DNA of 63,215 nt, filler included, from Craspedostauros australis (lineage: Eukaryota), in the NCBI GenBank assembly GCA_030167865.1. It is 12 parts of 12 records of this genome, joined end to end, with 100 filler letters (N's around TTAATTAATTAA, not from the genome) between each part and the next. Parts side by side here need not be neighbours in the genome. Positions count along the whole stretch, not along the records: positions 6,197 to 26,749 come from JALAGF010003520.1; 11 more parts are not named here. One strand, given 5' to 3'. Within the stretch, counting starts at the first letter, position 1, and each line of letters starts with the position of its first letter. Of this stretch, positions 10,401-20,179 are shown one piece after another. The translations under genes were made by a program, and so were the position numbers. A model generated the notes under the pieces. The model saw nothing but the letters and a program-made list of their open reading frames with translations. It searched no databases and was not told the origin of the DNA.

Positions 10401-11439
10401 CAAGACGTTGCAATTCGTCGTCTGTTGCAACCTTCGCACTCGTGTCCGCGTTTGGCATTGCAACGGCAATCGCCTCTGCGTGTTGCTCGCTGTGAAGGTT
10501 GCGAGTCGCTGTGCCCACCGCATGAAGGCCACCACCTTCTTCCTCAGACTTCGGCTTTGATATCCTCGTATTCATATCATGATTTGGAAATGCCTTCGAG
10601 GTTGAGAGTTGACTTGCGGTGGTCAGATGGAGACGATCTTGCGACTTCTGCGTGGGACGCCCGGAAGGCTGGAAAGGAGTCGCTGCAGAACGCAGCATCG
10701 CGCTCCTTGGTGATGCCACCACCGGTGCTGATGCCATCGCTGGGTTTGCCCAAACGGAGTTGCTCGGTGTTGATGTTGTGATCGTTGTCAACTGTGGCCG
10801 AATCCGCTTCTTCTTTTTCTTTGTCCACACCGACGTCGACGTCGATGTAGACGCGGACGCCGGTGGTTTGATTGGAGCATTAGATCGCTTATCCTCGATC
10901 GTTGCCTTTATCTTCACCTTCGCTTTCACTTTCGACGAAGATGGAGACGCGGATGTGGATCGCTTTGACACATTTGCCTTGCGCTCTGATCTCAGAGATG
11001 GAAATGCTTCGCTGTACTCTTGTCTTTCGCGTGCAGCATCATCCTCGCCTGATTTGGTTGCTTGGCTGTCGGATGCCGTGCTGACACTCACGATGATGCC
11101 ACCATGCTCTGAATTCCCATCGATGGCGGCTGGAGGGCCGCATCTTGAATCGTCACCGTTCTCCAAATGCACAGCACATGCATCGCGAATGGCGTTGAGG
11201 ATGGCGAATGATGTCCCCACGCGGAATCTGCATCGCGGGCGCTTCCCACACGAAACACGCCGATTCCGTTCCAGTGCCGCATCATCAAATTCACCTTCCA
11301 ACCATGCAATCAGCCTGGCCGTATCTTCTTCGGATTGCAAACACCGGACAACCTTGGAAACAGCAGAGAAGTCACGGCATGGGCATTGCACAGAGGGAGC
11401 ATGCTGCGATTGGCCCTCTTCCTTGATTGCATCCCCCAT
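7438..11439 (-). CDS. CDAN1: Codanin-1-like protein (first in-frame ATG at 11439)
   Basis: Long single ORF with blocks typical of codanin-1: LELHLLLRLL, RDAFLYQLR, ERLQQLQKRM, FPGHQEFFYIFL, LLAKFLGCLVFSP, LHDSFFHQH. Confidence 0.72.
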   Translation of the reverse strand: MGDAIKEEGQSQHAPSVQCPCRDFSAVSKVVRCLQSEEDTARLIAWLEGEFDDAALERNRRVSCGKRPRCRFRVGTSFAILNAIRDACAVHLENGDDSRCGPPAAIDGNSEHGGIIVSVSTASDSQATKSGEDDAARERQEYSEAFPSLRSERKANVSKRSTSASPSSSKVKAKVKIKATIEDKRSNAPIKPPASASTSTSTSVWTKKKKKRIRPQLTTITTSTPSNSVWANPAMASAPVVASPRSAMLRSAATPFQPSGRPTQKSQDRLHLTTASQLSTSKAFPNHDMNTRISKPKSEEEGGGLHAVGTATRNLHSEQHAEAIAVAMPNADTSAKVATDDELQRLVMVYSSLIYSHVVPSTLLELHLLLRLLNVRDPQHQPQKHPAHTTPPHFAFIFHSANQCRDFAKRTLVQLQPVILHLNPPIIAKLAALPAFRNAAPQLSEQLKQTLRWLLSQGYQIECASEEIAGSHAILSQHFNSNRDSRHNYKTQAETAVYKNREETRDAFLYQLRSYISIKGKILNPQEGQEAMNRIRAQSRTILSRLSRSNFPWFVEFFCDLLLQIGYSPIEETDEELLTIANKERLQQLQKRMSARTSNVDKSSQKIAMPSHTNDHQSIPHSNNHSHRHHSHQRQQKWRQGPRRGREEETAAVIMEVQQLFPGHQEFFYIFLQSTDQYAFGMHFKSRLGNTIRILRNRIPTVGKEELHVLKLQLLAKFLGCLVFSPNWQPLDANTHQLHPQSTVDAFKQLEAVGVELGGALNDAWRVGTLDYDLPWIMTVLKFSKWDALSQTSRKFRSIAAKLRLMQLKLSSTRRQLNMGTSTPGVYLGSPNLTTSFMLENFFAQTIGLAKLGNLPYATLPDVDVATSTPTSTQQKAVRISNPANEGGESAPRNTWLSATSSLLMNESSTHADDLRCLLDELSSDSPSSTRPTTHKTRKVRPSSVSAADQNPNTKLSEMLIIPAVSEASDEMDQVSPVSAPRAVAATSIGTIQLRTTQPDGASTTEDKLHDSFFHQHVDLASICDLSITQVLKEFHNDVHAKCVRPAFDSLHIASAADWESVKFDKIERTAKSLAYEQLESQLRDTTRKVLAILVPTPVSPSGTTSLLPLPPSSSSSSSSTSCHIVDTAASLATKRGLKKGKPFVDVWVSEQCKRHRNQMLKMAAINTANLNGANIPTDAGTTATNVNSSNETDELRLVIEKGSELLSMLTAQAGMGQESGALIEAIGHLDRSINELEKDDRNQIPGELLARDLFAMIYRFDAISYSLVKAWSQASHDTTVPRHPVLASRYLGVISKLSKHSTRGMRHFESAMALDVDAQQFARACRDGANSE

Positions 11440-11726
11440 GGTTGTTCTGATCTGTTCTGTGTTGGATGGATGAAGCAATCTTTGGTTGTCGCCAAACGTG
11501 GATGGCTTTGTGTGGTTGTGTCAGTGGTGGCAATTTTGGGGGTAACGGCAATATATATTTACATAGGTAAATGTTGATGCGATCACTGGGAGCCGCGGTA
11601 TAATATTTGTTAATATTCGCCCAGAGCGCCGTTGGAGATGAAAAAGAAGAAACACCATTTCAGAAGCTAAAACAGAGCAGAAATTGGGACAGTACATGCG
11701 TCAATGTTCGGTCAGGATGGTCTTGT

Positions 11727-13019
11727 TCAACTTTCGTTCATGCGCGGATGTGAAGCTTCCCTTTTCATTGCATCCATGGCCGCGCGTTGTCTTGCCTCCT
11801 TCATTTGCTGTCGAATGTGACGGCAGTATCCTTGACTGGGACCATGCTCGAGAATGCTCGGCATCCATTCATCAAACTTTTGCAGACGCTGATCATGGCT
11901 GGGATGCGTCGAAAGGAATGCTGGCGGTTGCTCACTGCTATCATGCTTCATGCGCGCAAAAACGGTTTTGGCCGCTCGCGGGTCGTAGCATGCATGGGAC
12001 ATGATGTGGAGACCAATTTCATCGGCCTCCAGTTCTTGCAATCGCGAATGTGGCAATTCTCTCATCAGGGTGATGCCTTGCGAGAGCACGAGCAGCAATC
12101 CGCCTTGTGGATCGACGAGTAGAGAGAGAATGGACAGCATCTGCCGGACGATACCACCGGAAATGCGTTCGCCGGTGTGCCGTGCCAGGGTATGCGCCAT
12201 CTCATGTGCTAGGACGGCTGCAAGCTCATCCTCATTCCGAGCGTACCGGAACAGCCCGGTCATGACGAAGATGTGATTGCCGGGCAGCACAAATGCGTTG
12301 GCCATGTCGGATTTCACCACCGTGAACGTGGGCTGTTTGATTCCGTCCATTGGCGACGACGGAGTACTTGCGTTGATGTAATGCTTCAGACTGTGCTTCT
12401 TGGCAAATTCCAGTGCGCTCGTTGCAATTCGCGAACCGACCCTTTCCACCGTGACGGATGCTCGATGGTGTTTGGGAAGGATGCTGCGTTCGTACTGCTT
12501 GAGGAGATTCTGGTACTCCCGATCCCCCAACTCAATCTCCAAGTCCGGCGGTGTTGCAATCCAACGGGAACGACCAGTGACGGGAACCGTGTCCAGATGA
12601 TGGAAGTAGATGTACCCGCAGAACCCCGCTGGGATAAGGACCCCAGCATAGATGTACGTCGGGATACCACTGCGCCGTTGTTGTTGTTGTTGTTGTCGCT
12701 GCTGCTGGTGATGCTGGTTGGACGATCCGCCTTTCCCTCTCGTACTCTTGCATCGTCTCGTGGCCTGATTAACGAAGCTGCCGGAGCGATGAGACGTCAC
12801 CTTCATAGCGGTTGCTTTTGCTCGCAATGCAGCTGTGCGGTTGGACGCGACGCTTGAGTGGCTGATCCATGCTTGCTTCAACACGCGAGACGATACGCCA
12901 GGCAACCTCACAGCTCCCATTGTGGTCGATGTCATTGATGTCGCTGCTCTGGTGGTTAGGAATGCGGCTGCGCGTCCCGATGCAACGCCGACCGACTTCA
13001 TCGCTTGAGCCTGCAACAT
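11727..13019 (-). CDS. OMA1: Peptidase M48, OMA1-like mitochondrial metalloprotease
   Basis: NAFVLPG, LAAVLAHEMAH, SRLQELEADEIG, FLSTHPSH. Arg/Ser/Ala-rich presequence and one TM segment. Confidence 0.88.
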   Translation of the reverse strand: MLQAQAMKSVGVASGRAAAFLTTRAATSMTSTTMGAVRLPGVSSRVLKQAWISHSSVASNRTAALRAKATAMKVTSHRSGSFVNQATRRCKSTRGKGGSSNQHHQQQRQQQQQQRRSGIPTYIYAGVLIPAGFCGYIYFHHLDTVPVTGRSRWIATPPDLEIELGDREYQNLLKQYERSILPKHHRASVTVERVGSRIATSALEFAKKHSLKHYINASTPSSPMDGIKQPTFTVVKSDMANAFVLPGNHIFVMTGLFRYARNEDELAAVLAHEMAHTLARHTGERISGGIVRQMLSILSLLVDPQGGLLLVLSQGITLMRELPHSRLQELEADEIGLHIMSHACYDPRAAKTVFARMKHDSSEQPPAFLSTHPSHDQRLQKFDEWMPSILEHGPSQGYCRHIRQQMKEARQRAAMDAMKREASHPRMNES

Positions 13020-13878
13020 GTCGAATCTGTCGTGATAGTATAGTACTCTGGAGAGAGAGGGAGAGAGGGAAGTTGTTGTTTCTTTACTTCCTTCTTACGA
13101 GACTCTGGTGTTCCTGCTGTAGCTTTGGCTTCTGTGGCTTATGTCGGCTGTTGCTGCTGCTGCTGCTGCACTCGAGATGTGTCGAACCCCAGACGCATGA
13201 AAGCTGCAATGTCGATCATTGCAATGGATTGCGTGCAGCAGCGCCAACGAGGAAGCCTCTTCCCTTCGAAAAGTGTTCGTTTCTTGTGTTCTCAACCCAC
13301 GATGTTGTCTGTGGTATTTCGTGTGTTGTGGTTTGGGATCAGTTTTTGCGCAACAGCGCGCGCCATCAACCAATTTGCTTCCAAGGTACCTACTGTGCTG
13401 AAATAGTACTGCTTTGTTGGTACTCAGAACCCTTCTGATCTTCGCTTTTCCGCACGAGGGAAGTGGCCAACATTAGTTGGGCACACCAATTGCTTACTGT
13501 ACAACATGAGACGATCATCATATCACCATAGACATACAATACATGGATGAAACGAGTGTGCCTTCATGCTACACCGCAGACCGGCGTTCTTTGAAGGAGA
13601 TAGAGTATGGTATGTATGGTACGTCTTCCCGTCAGCAATACTGGCATCGTTTCTTGATCCATTCAGCCACAAAACTATGCCACCCCCAACCGGAATCTGT
13701 CAGGGCGAAGTGTGGTACCACATGGTGTGGGATATGAAAGCCTGAGATGGGAGCAACAGAGATCGAACGATGCCATGGTGCAGGCGCAGATGTCAGTCTC
13801 AGTTGGGGCACTGCCTTTGAAACTCGATTGCAGGCGTCATGTCCCAATGATGCACTAGGCCAAGACAATCCTGGGCAT

Positions 13879-15612
13879 CTAGTCTTGCAGTGCCCCATTG
13901 CCAACCATCGTCATGCTGTTGACGGCTCGGCCAAGACGCAACGATTCGTCTTTGCCAATACCGTTGAGATCGGCGTACAACTTCTCCAACGTCTTGGATG
14001 GTTGCTTCTCTAGCGCTGCGCTCAATGCATTCGCACCATCATTGCCAATTCGATTGCCTTCAATGTATAATTTCTTCATGCGGGGTTGGAGTGCCTTCGC
14101 CAGTGTTGCCGCACCCGCCGGGCCAATTTCATTCTGTCCTAGGTAGACTTCCCGCAGCATTCCGATTTTTGCCGTCAAGGCCAGGATGCCATCATCCCCA
14201 AGCTGATTGCCTTCCAAGTACAGCGTATTCCATGAAGCCGTGCTCGACGTTTCGTCATTCAATAACGAACCAATCACAGCAGCTCCCCTCGGGCCCATAT
14301 CATTGTACCGTAAATCCAACGTATTCAGATGGAGTAGTTGCTGCAAGGTGGGTTTCAGCTCTTCCATCCCTTCACCGCCCAACCCATTGCCGCCCAAATG
14401 GAGATGTTTCAATTGCAAGGAATGCTCCAAAATCTGAAGGATATCAGCAGGTGTCAAGTCCGTGCTGGCAATATCCAACGTGATGAGATGCTGCAACAGA
14501 ATTGGGTTGGCCAAGGCACTGATGCTGCTGTGCAAGCGGTTGGATCCGAGCGATAAGGTGGTGACACGGCCTGAAAGATCGAAGGATGCGATCTTCTTCC
14601 AGTACAATGCATCTGCCTCCTTGTATGGTTGTTGCTGTTGTGGCGGTGGCGCTGCGGCGGGCATGCCAAATCCGGGAAAGTTCAAGCTGAAATCGTCTCC
14701 GAGCATTCCATTGGAGGACGGCGGCGGAGTTGGTTTGAGCTTTGCTGCCAATTTGGGCGCAGCCTGCATCAAGTCTTGCAGTGCCGTCAAAACCTCAGGG
14801 TGGATAGGCGTCGTGCTGGAGGAATTGACTGGCAGCGTTGCCGACGAACCATCGCGCGTGGATGCGGTGGCCGTCGTCATCATTGCCGCTTCCGACAAGA
14901 ACCAACCAACGATGGCATACCGCTCCCGTTGCGTATCCATGACCTCGTGGGGACAGAGGTCGGATCGGAAGACGACCAAAGTGCCGCCCTTCGGGTCGAC
15001 GTCGACAAAATTGGGCAATTCACCGATGGGCAACGTATCCCCGCCAGAATCTCGATGGATCCGAAGCTGCCCACCATCCGTGTCCACGTTCCAATCCTGA
15101 TCGTTGAGATACAGCAAGAATGAGTACTTGCGCAATGTCGAGATCGAGTTGCTCTCGGCATCGCGATGGCGACGATAATAACCCCCGTTGGGGTAGTAGG
15201 CGTACATCAACTCCTCCATGTGCGCGTCGAGAGGTGGGATGCCGGCCGTCTGACTGCCTCCTCGCACGATGGCATTGGATTGCAATTGGGAACGTAATGC
15301 ATCCAGAAGATCATGCAGATCAGCGCGTGCATTCGAGGGTGGGAGGGATTCACCCTTGTTCTCTTCAGTGGCAGCAGTGGCGCGACCGATGAAGCAGGTC
15401 TCCGAAAACCGCACATCCTTGAATGGAGTGTTTTCACTCTGAACCATTCCATCATGTCCGATCTTCGCGAGCTGAAAGTGGCCGCCGCTGTGGAGATCAA
15501 GCAGATCCGACCGCAGAGCATCCTGGAAGGGCTTGCCCACAAAGTTGGGGACGACGCAGAAGCCATGATTCGCGAGGTTGCCGTAATCCTCGTCCTTCAT
15601 GTTGAGCTTCAT
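13879..15612 (-). CDS. 2OG-Fe(II) oxygenase (EglN/SM-20 prolyl-hydroxylase-like) fused to RNI-like leucine-rich repeats; 5' end uncertain
   Basis: YPNGGYYRRHRD, LLYLN..W...DGGQLR, GTLVVFRS...HEV, RYAIVGWF. Then a Pro-rich linker and ~7 LxxLxLxxNxxG repeats. Confidence 0.88.
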   Translation of the reverse strand: MKLNMKDEDYGNLANHGFCVVPNFVGKPFQDALRSDLLDLHSGGHFQLAKIGHDGMVQSENTPFKDVRFSETCFIGRATAATEENKGESLPPSNARADLHDLLDALRSQLQSNAIVRGGSQTAGIPPLDAHMEELMYAYYPNGGYYRRHRDAESNSISTLRKYSFLLYLNDQDWNVDTDGGQLRIHRDSGGDTLPIGELPNFVDVDPKGGTLVVFRSDLCPHEVMDTQRERYAIVGWFLSEAAMMTTATASTRDGSSATLPVNSSSTTPIHPEVLTALQDLMQAAPKLAAKLKPTPPPSSNGMLGDDFSLNFPGFGMPAAAPPPQQQQPYKEADALYWKKIASFDLSGRVTTLSLGSNRLHSSISALANPILLQHLITLDIASTDLTPADILQILEHSLQLKHLHLGGNGLGGEGMEELKPTLQQLLHLNTLDLRYNDMGPRGAAVIGSLLNDETSSTASWNTLYLEGNQLGDDGILALTAKIGMLREVYLGQNEIGPAGAATLAKALQPRMKKLYIEGNRIGNDGANALSAALEKQPSKTLEKLYADLNGIGKDESLRLGRAVNSMTMVGNGALQD

Positions 15613-16376
15613 TGTGAGCTTTGAGCTGCAACGACGCAACGCCTCTGGAGAATGGGTATACGTATTTTGACAATATTTGGTATAGCGGCGACCACCTCTT
15701 GTGACACTCCGTTTCTTCTGTTCCAACAACAATCGCGGAATCCTTCTGTGTCTTGCTTGTTTTTGTCGTTGACTCTGGAGAGTACAAGTATTTCCACGTT
15801 CACTTGTTCCAATATCAAATGTTTGGCTGCAAATCCACCGCTCCCTGCTGTGCTCGTACGGTATGCAATGAGTTGATCGTGCTGTATGGTGACTGTACGA
15901 TGGGCATCGCCACTGATGCCTGCCTGCAGGTACGAGTGCGAGCGCGGGACGGCTGTCTGGCGGATGAATGAATGAATGAATGAATGGATCGCATCAGTAG
16001 CTCGTGGTTGGCAGATCCATCACCACCGCTCCTTCCGTGGCAAGAAACAAACCCAAGATCTTTTTTGGCAGGAGGTGAAGTCAGAGTCGAACGAGTCAAC
16101 AAGATACAGACCACACAAACCGCGAAGACGTGTCATCTTGAGAATCTTGGCACCTCGGAATTCTGATGTCCCGTAGTGTTCGTTGGCATCTCTCTGTTCA
16201 GAACAGCCACAGAACAACTCCGGCACAGTCCAAGGAGCGAGGCACATCCTCATACCATTGCATATTATACTCTACATGCTTGCAGAGAGCGCAAGGCCAA
16301 GGCATCTTACGTTGTTGCGCACATCGTGTTCACTTGCACGGGACGTGTACGCTCGGAGTGGTCAAGGGTGGTTTGC

Positions 16377-17864
16377 ATGACAAACATGCCGATTCCATCG
16401 GGAGGAGAGAGACGTTGCAGGATGTTGCTGGTGGCAGTACTGTGCCATGCGATGGTTTCACCGTCCATGGCATTCCAGCCATGGCAACCTCTCGGCGCTT
16501 TGGCTACAGATCTTCGCAAGCTCGCAACCCAACGATGCATGTCAAGCGATGCTGACGATGTCGCCGCTGACAAGAGCAACAGTCACCTGAAGGAAATCCC
16601 GCTGCTGGATCTGCTGGACTACAAACCGGAGCAAAAACAGGACGGTGACATCATGATGGAGGATGCCATCATGATCCCATTGCCATCCTCGCATTTGCCA
16701 GATGAGATCTCCACACCATTCCTGTATGGCATGAAGGTGGAGCTGCCCGTGCATAAGCTTCTCATGGAAGAAGCCATTTCGCAGATACAGCTCACGACGG
16801 ACGACAATGCTGGCAGCATCGGCAGCGGAGGTCTTTCTGGCATGGACGGGCCACGGCGCATGTACGGACATCTGGTGTGGAAAGATACCACGCGGGATTC
16901 CTATGTGGGCGCCATCGGTTGCACAGCAGAGATTCTGGTGAACGCACCTTCAAAGCAGATGTTCAACCCGGAAGACATGCCATCGTTGCCGACGCTCGAG
17001 GAGGACGAACAGCAACCGGCATCCAACACCATGCTATGCCGCGGTGGGTATCGGTTCATCGTCCGCGAGGTGGTACGCACCATCCCATATCCGATCGTGA
17101 AGGTGGAAGAAATCCATGATGACGACGATGAAGAAGAGTTGCTGTTGCCATCGTCTCCCGCAGCTGATGACAACGACGACGAAGACGACGTCTACAAAGA
17201 ACTGTCCACGTCGGAACTCATGCATCGCACAATGCAGAATCTCCATGCATGGATTCGACAGAGGACTGACGAGGCTGCAACGAAGAAGTCGCAAATGTCT
17301 CCGCTGGAGATGTCCATCTTGGAAGAGTCCGGCGTCTCGTTCAATCCAGCCGAGATCGAGCTGCTCCAGGCCGAGGAGATGGCCGCCGTGCTGGACGTAT
17401 TCCAAACCTGCATCATTGATTTGGAAATCTCGTTGCAACAACGCCCGTACGCTATTGCCATGCTGGCGGCAGAGATGGCGGATGTGGACAACGCAATCCG
17501 CAAGGAGATCTTGCTCATCCGCAATCCCAAGGAACGTTTGCAGTTGGTCTGCAAATTGCTCGAAGAAAACATCGGTATGGCACGCGCGACCAGGATGGCG
17601 CTGCAAATCACGGACTCGAACGACGAATCGTCGAAGGACTTGAAGGTGGGAAAGCCCTCGCTGCCCGCATGGGCCAAGAGCTTGAAGAAAGGCACTCGGG
17701 TGGAGTACTTTTGGAGCGAGCAGGATGGCTGGTTCGCAGGTGTCCTCGTTGAGGACCCCGAGCTCATCGTGGATGAGATGATCGTGACCGTGTTGTTTGA
17801 TGACGGTGAGACACATCGTCTGCCGCTCAGCCCAGATGAGAAGGTGCGATGGAGGCCAGGCTGA
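16377..17864 (+). CDS. LON-peptidase N-terminal-like domain protein with C-terminal Tudor-like barrel, probably plastid-targeted
   Basis: GAIGCTAEI, CRGGYRFIVREV...PYP and RKEIL...PKERL resemble LON_substr_bdg. KGTRVEYFW..DGWFAG...VLFDDGE resembles Tudor. Leader ends SMA-FQP. No AAA+ or protease domain seen. Confidence 0.65.
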   Translation: MTNMPIPSGGERRCRMLLVAVLCHAMVSPSMAFQPWQPLGALATDLRKLATQRCMSSDADDVAADKSNSHLKEIPLLDLLDYKPEQKQDGDIMMEDAIMIPLPSSHLPDEISTPFLYGMKVELPVHKLLMEEAISQIQLTTDDNAGSIGSGGLSGMDGPRRMYGHLVWKDTTRDSYVGAIGCTAEILVNAPSKQMFNPEDMPSLPTLEEDEQQPASNTMLCRGGYRFIVREVVRTIPYPIVKVEEIHDDDDEEELLLPSSPAADDNDDEDDVYKELSTSELMHRTMQNLHAWIRQRTDEAATKKSQMSPLEMSILEESGVSFNPAEIELLQAEEMAAVLDVFQTCIIDLEISLQQRPYAIAMLAAEMADVDNAIRKEILLIRNPKERLQLVCKLLEENIGMARATRMALQITDSNDESSKDLKVGKPSLPAWAKSLKKGTRVEYFWSEQDGWFAGVLVEDPELIVDEMIVTVLFDDGETHRLPLSPDEKVRWRPG

Positions 17865-18447
17865 ACGTTGGGAGCAGGCTAACTACAGAAGTCAAACAGT
17901 ATTGCATGCTCAATTTCTGCATCCTGCTACATATAATACGTAACAGTTTGCATGTTTGCTGATGGAGGATGCATCCTATTCCAGGATGCTTGTTGTCAGA
18001 GTTTCACGAGGTTGAAAGCTGCGTTCATCTCGAGAGGGAGATGTCTACTCTGTAGAGCTTAGACTGTGGCGATGGCTACATTTCGAGAACCCAAAGAAGA
18101 GAATCGTCAAATCTGACAGGCCACGTCACGAACTTCACCAACAGGTGTTCTGTTTGTGGATCGGTCATCAACCACCGAATGTGAGAACAGCTGACAAAAC
18201 CATCACCGCAGGTGCAACCATCACATCATCATCATCGCCACGGGCGTCGTCGGTTTGTCTGTTGTGAATTACGACAACAGAAACAGCGAGAGATCAAGCG
18301 AGCGCGTGTTCTCTTGTCTCATTCCTCAATCGTCGCGTCACATTCCATTCCCCATTGCCATTGCCATTGCCGGTGCCGGTGCCATCGTCAACAATCCCAT
18401 CTTCTTACCATCCTTGCCCAACGTATCCATCCATTCATTTAGTGATC

Positions 18448-19392
18448 ATGATCATGACGAATGCCAAGATGATGACGTCAATGGTGGTGATGGGCGCCAT
18501 TGCGATGCCCGTATCTACCTTTCAAGTGCGACCTTTGCCAGCATCATCGCTGCCACTGCATTCGCACCACATCCACGATTCTCTTCGTCAGAATCAACAT
18601 GCTCAGTCTCCTTTTGAGCCACGGCCAAGATCGGCTGATTGCGTTCTGCAGGCCGTGCGCGACAACCAGAGCGGAATGACTGCCACCAACACCACAGTGA
18701 CGGAAACCGCTGATGACAGCGTTCCCAGCTTCCAGTCGCCCGTCTTGGCGCAAGTCTACCCGGCGCTCCTCGAATACAAACGCCAATACGGACATCCCAA
18801 CATTCCTTTGGGCTCCAGCGAGGGTCGGCTCTGCAAAACGTTGCGTCGCTTGCACATCCAAGACAAGCTCAGTGAAGTCGAGATCGAATGGCTGCAAGAT
18901 CTCGGTTTCGCATTCCATTCCCTGGAGGATGTTTATTTCGATGTGGACTTCGATGACTTGCTGTCTCGCTTGTTGCAATTCGAAGCGCAGTACAAGGTCA
19001 ATTTCCAAGTCCCGAAGAAGTGCAAGGAAGACCCAGAATTGGGTGCCTGGGTGACGGGTATCCGGCGACTGCACAAGCTGAAGGAGGGACGATCGCTGCA
19101 GGCCGACCACGTCGCCAAACTCAACGAGATCGGTTTTGCTTGGGAATCGACACGCAAGTGCGGCAGCAAGTTCATGAAGCAGTATCGTGAAATCGCGGCG
19201 CAGATGGAAGGCACGGCAGCAGCGGACGACGTCATGCGGCAGCATGCGGATTGGGTGCAGGCGCAGCAGAAGACATGCCAACGAGGTGGATTGAGCAGTA
19301 CGCGCGTGCAGTACATGGAGCAGCTGCTGGAGCCTGTGCTGGAGTCGGGGCAGAGCTGGCTTGAGTGGAACCTCGATGAGGAGACGCAGTGA
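18448..19392 (+). CDS. Helicase-associated (HA) repeat protein, possibly plastid-targeted
   Basis: LLEYKRQYGHPNIP...LQDLGFAF; LLQFEAQY...VPK...PELGAWV..IRR...LNEIGFAW. Leader ends VST-FQV. Confidence 0.8.
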   Translation: MIMTNAKMMTSMVVMGAIAMPVSTFQVRPLPASSLPLHSHHIHDSLRQNQHAQSPFEPRPRSADCVLQAVRDNQSGMTATNTTVTETADDSVPSFQSPVLAQVYPALLEYKRQYGHPNIPLGSSEGRLCKTLRRLHIQDKLSEVEIEWLQDLGFAFHSLEDVYFDVDFDDLLSRLLQFEAQYKVNFQVPKKCKEDPELGAWVTGIRRLHKLKEGRSLQADHVAKLNEIGFAWESTRKCGSKFMKQYREIAAQMEGTAAADDVMRQHADWVQAQQKTCQRGGLSSTRVQYMEQLLEPVLESGQSWLEWNLDEETQ

Positions 19393-20179
19393 GATGCGAT
19401 TCTGCCCTCACCGTTTCGTCATTTCATGCATTCATCCATACTTGCTTGCTTGCTCATGCACATGGCTGCCCGCCTAACACCAAATCACAGATGGTGTAGC
19501 ATTTGTCATCGAGTATGTACGTAAGAGTAGACTGTAGTCGTAAGCCGGCAAGTGTACCATACGTTCTGGTGGGTCGTCGGCGATCTGAGTGTCTTAGAAT
19601 CATCGACTGAGAAAGCATGAGGGTGCGGTCTGCAACAAATTCAAGATGAATGGAGACTGCGAAAATCGTACATCCGTGCAGGAGTGTTGTCGCGGCGCGT
19701 CCATCTACAACCTGTGGGAGGCAGCGACGTCAACAAGGAGGGGCATGACGCAACTCCGATCTACTTGGCGAAATACGAGGACGACAATACCGACACAAAC
19801 AGGACGAAACCAACCAGCCTACTGTAGCATCTCTGTAAAAATCGTCTACGCGGATAGAGGAGTAAAAAGTACCGAAACAGAAACATGAATGACTGCTTCA
19901 TCGATATTTTCAAAGACCTAGGAGAAGCGCCAACCACCCGAACAGGAATTCCGCGAATTGTTCTCCTGCGCGCTGTTCATTTTCGTCTTCGCTCTTCTTC
20001 ATCTCTTCTTTTGGCACAACGACAACGACGCCGATGGCTGTGTGTCCACATGGCACAACCCTCTTGCAGCATGCTCTCATTCTTCATCTCTCACACCACA
20101 TCACACCACATCACATCACATCACACCACATCAACCCAAGATTCGACCCACCGACACTCATTGATAATCATCCAGAACC

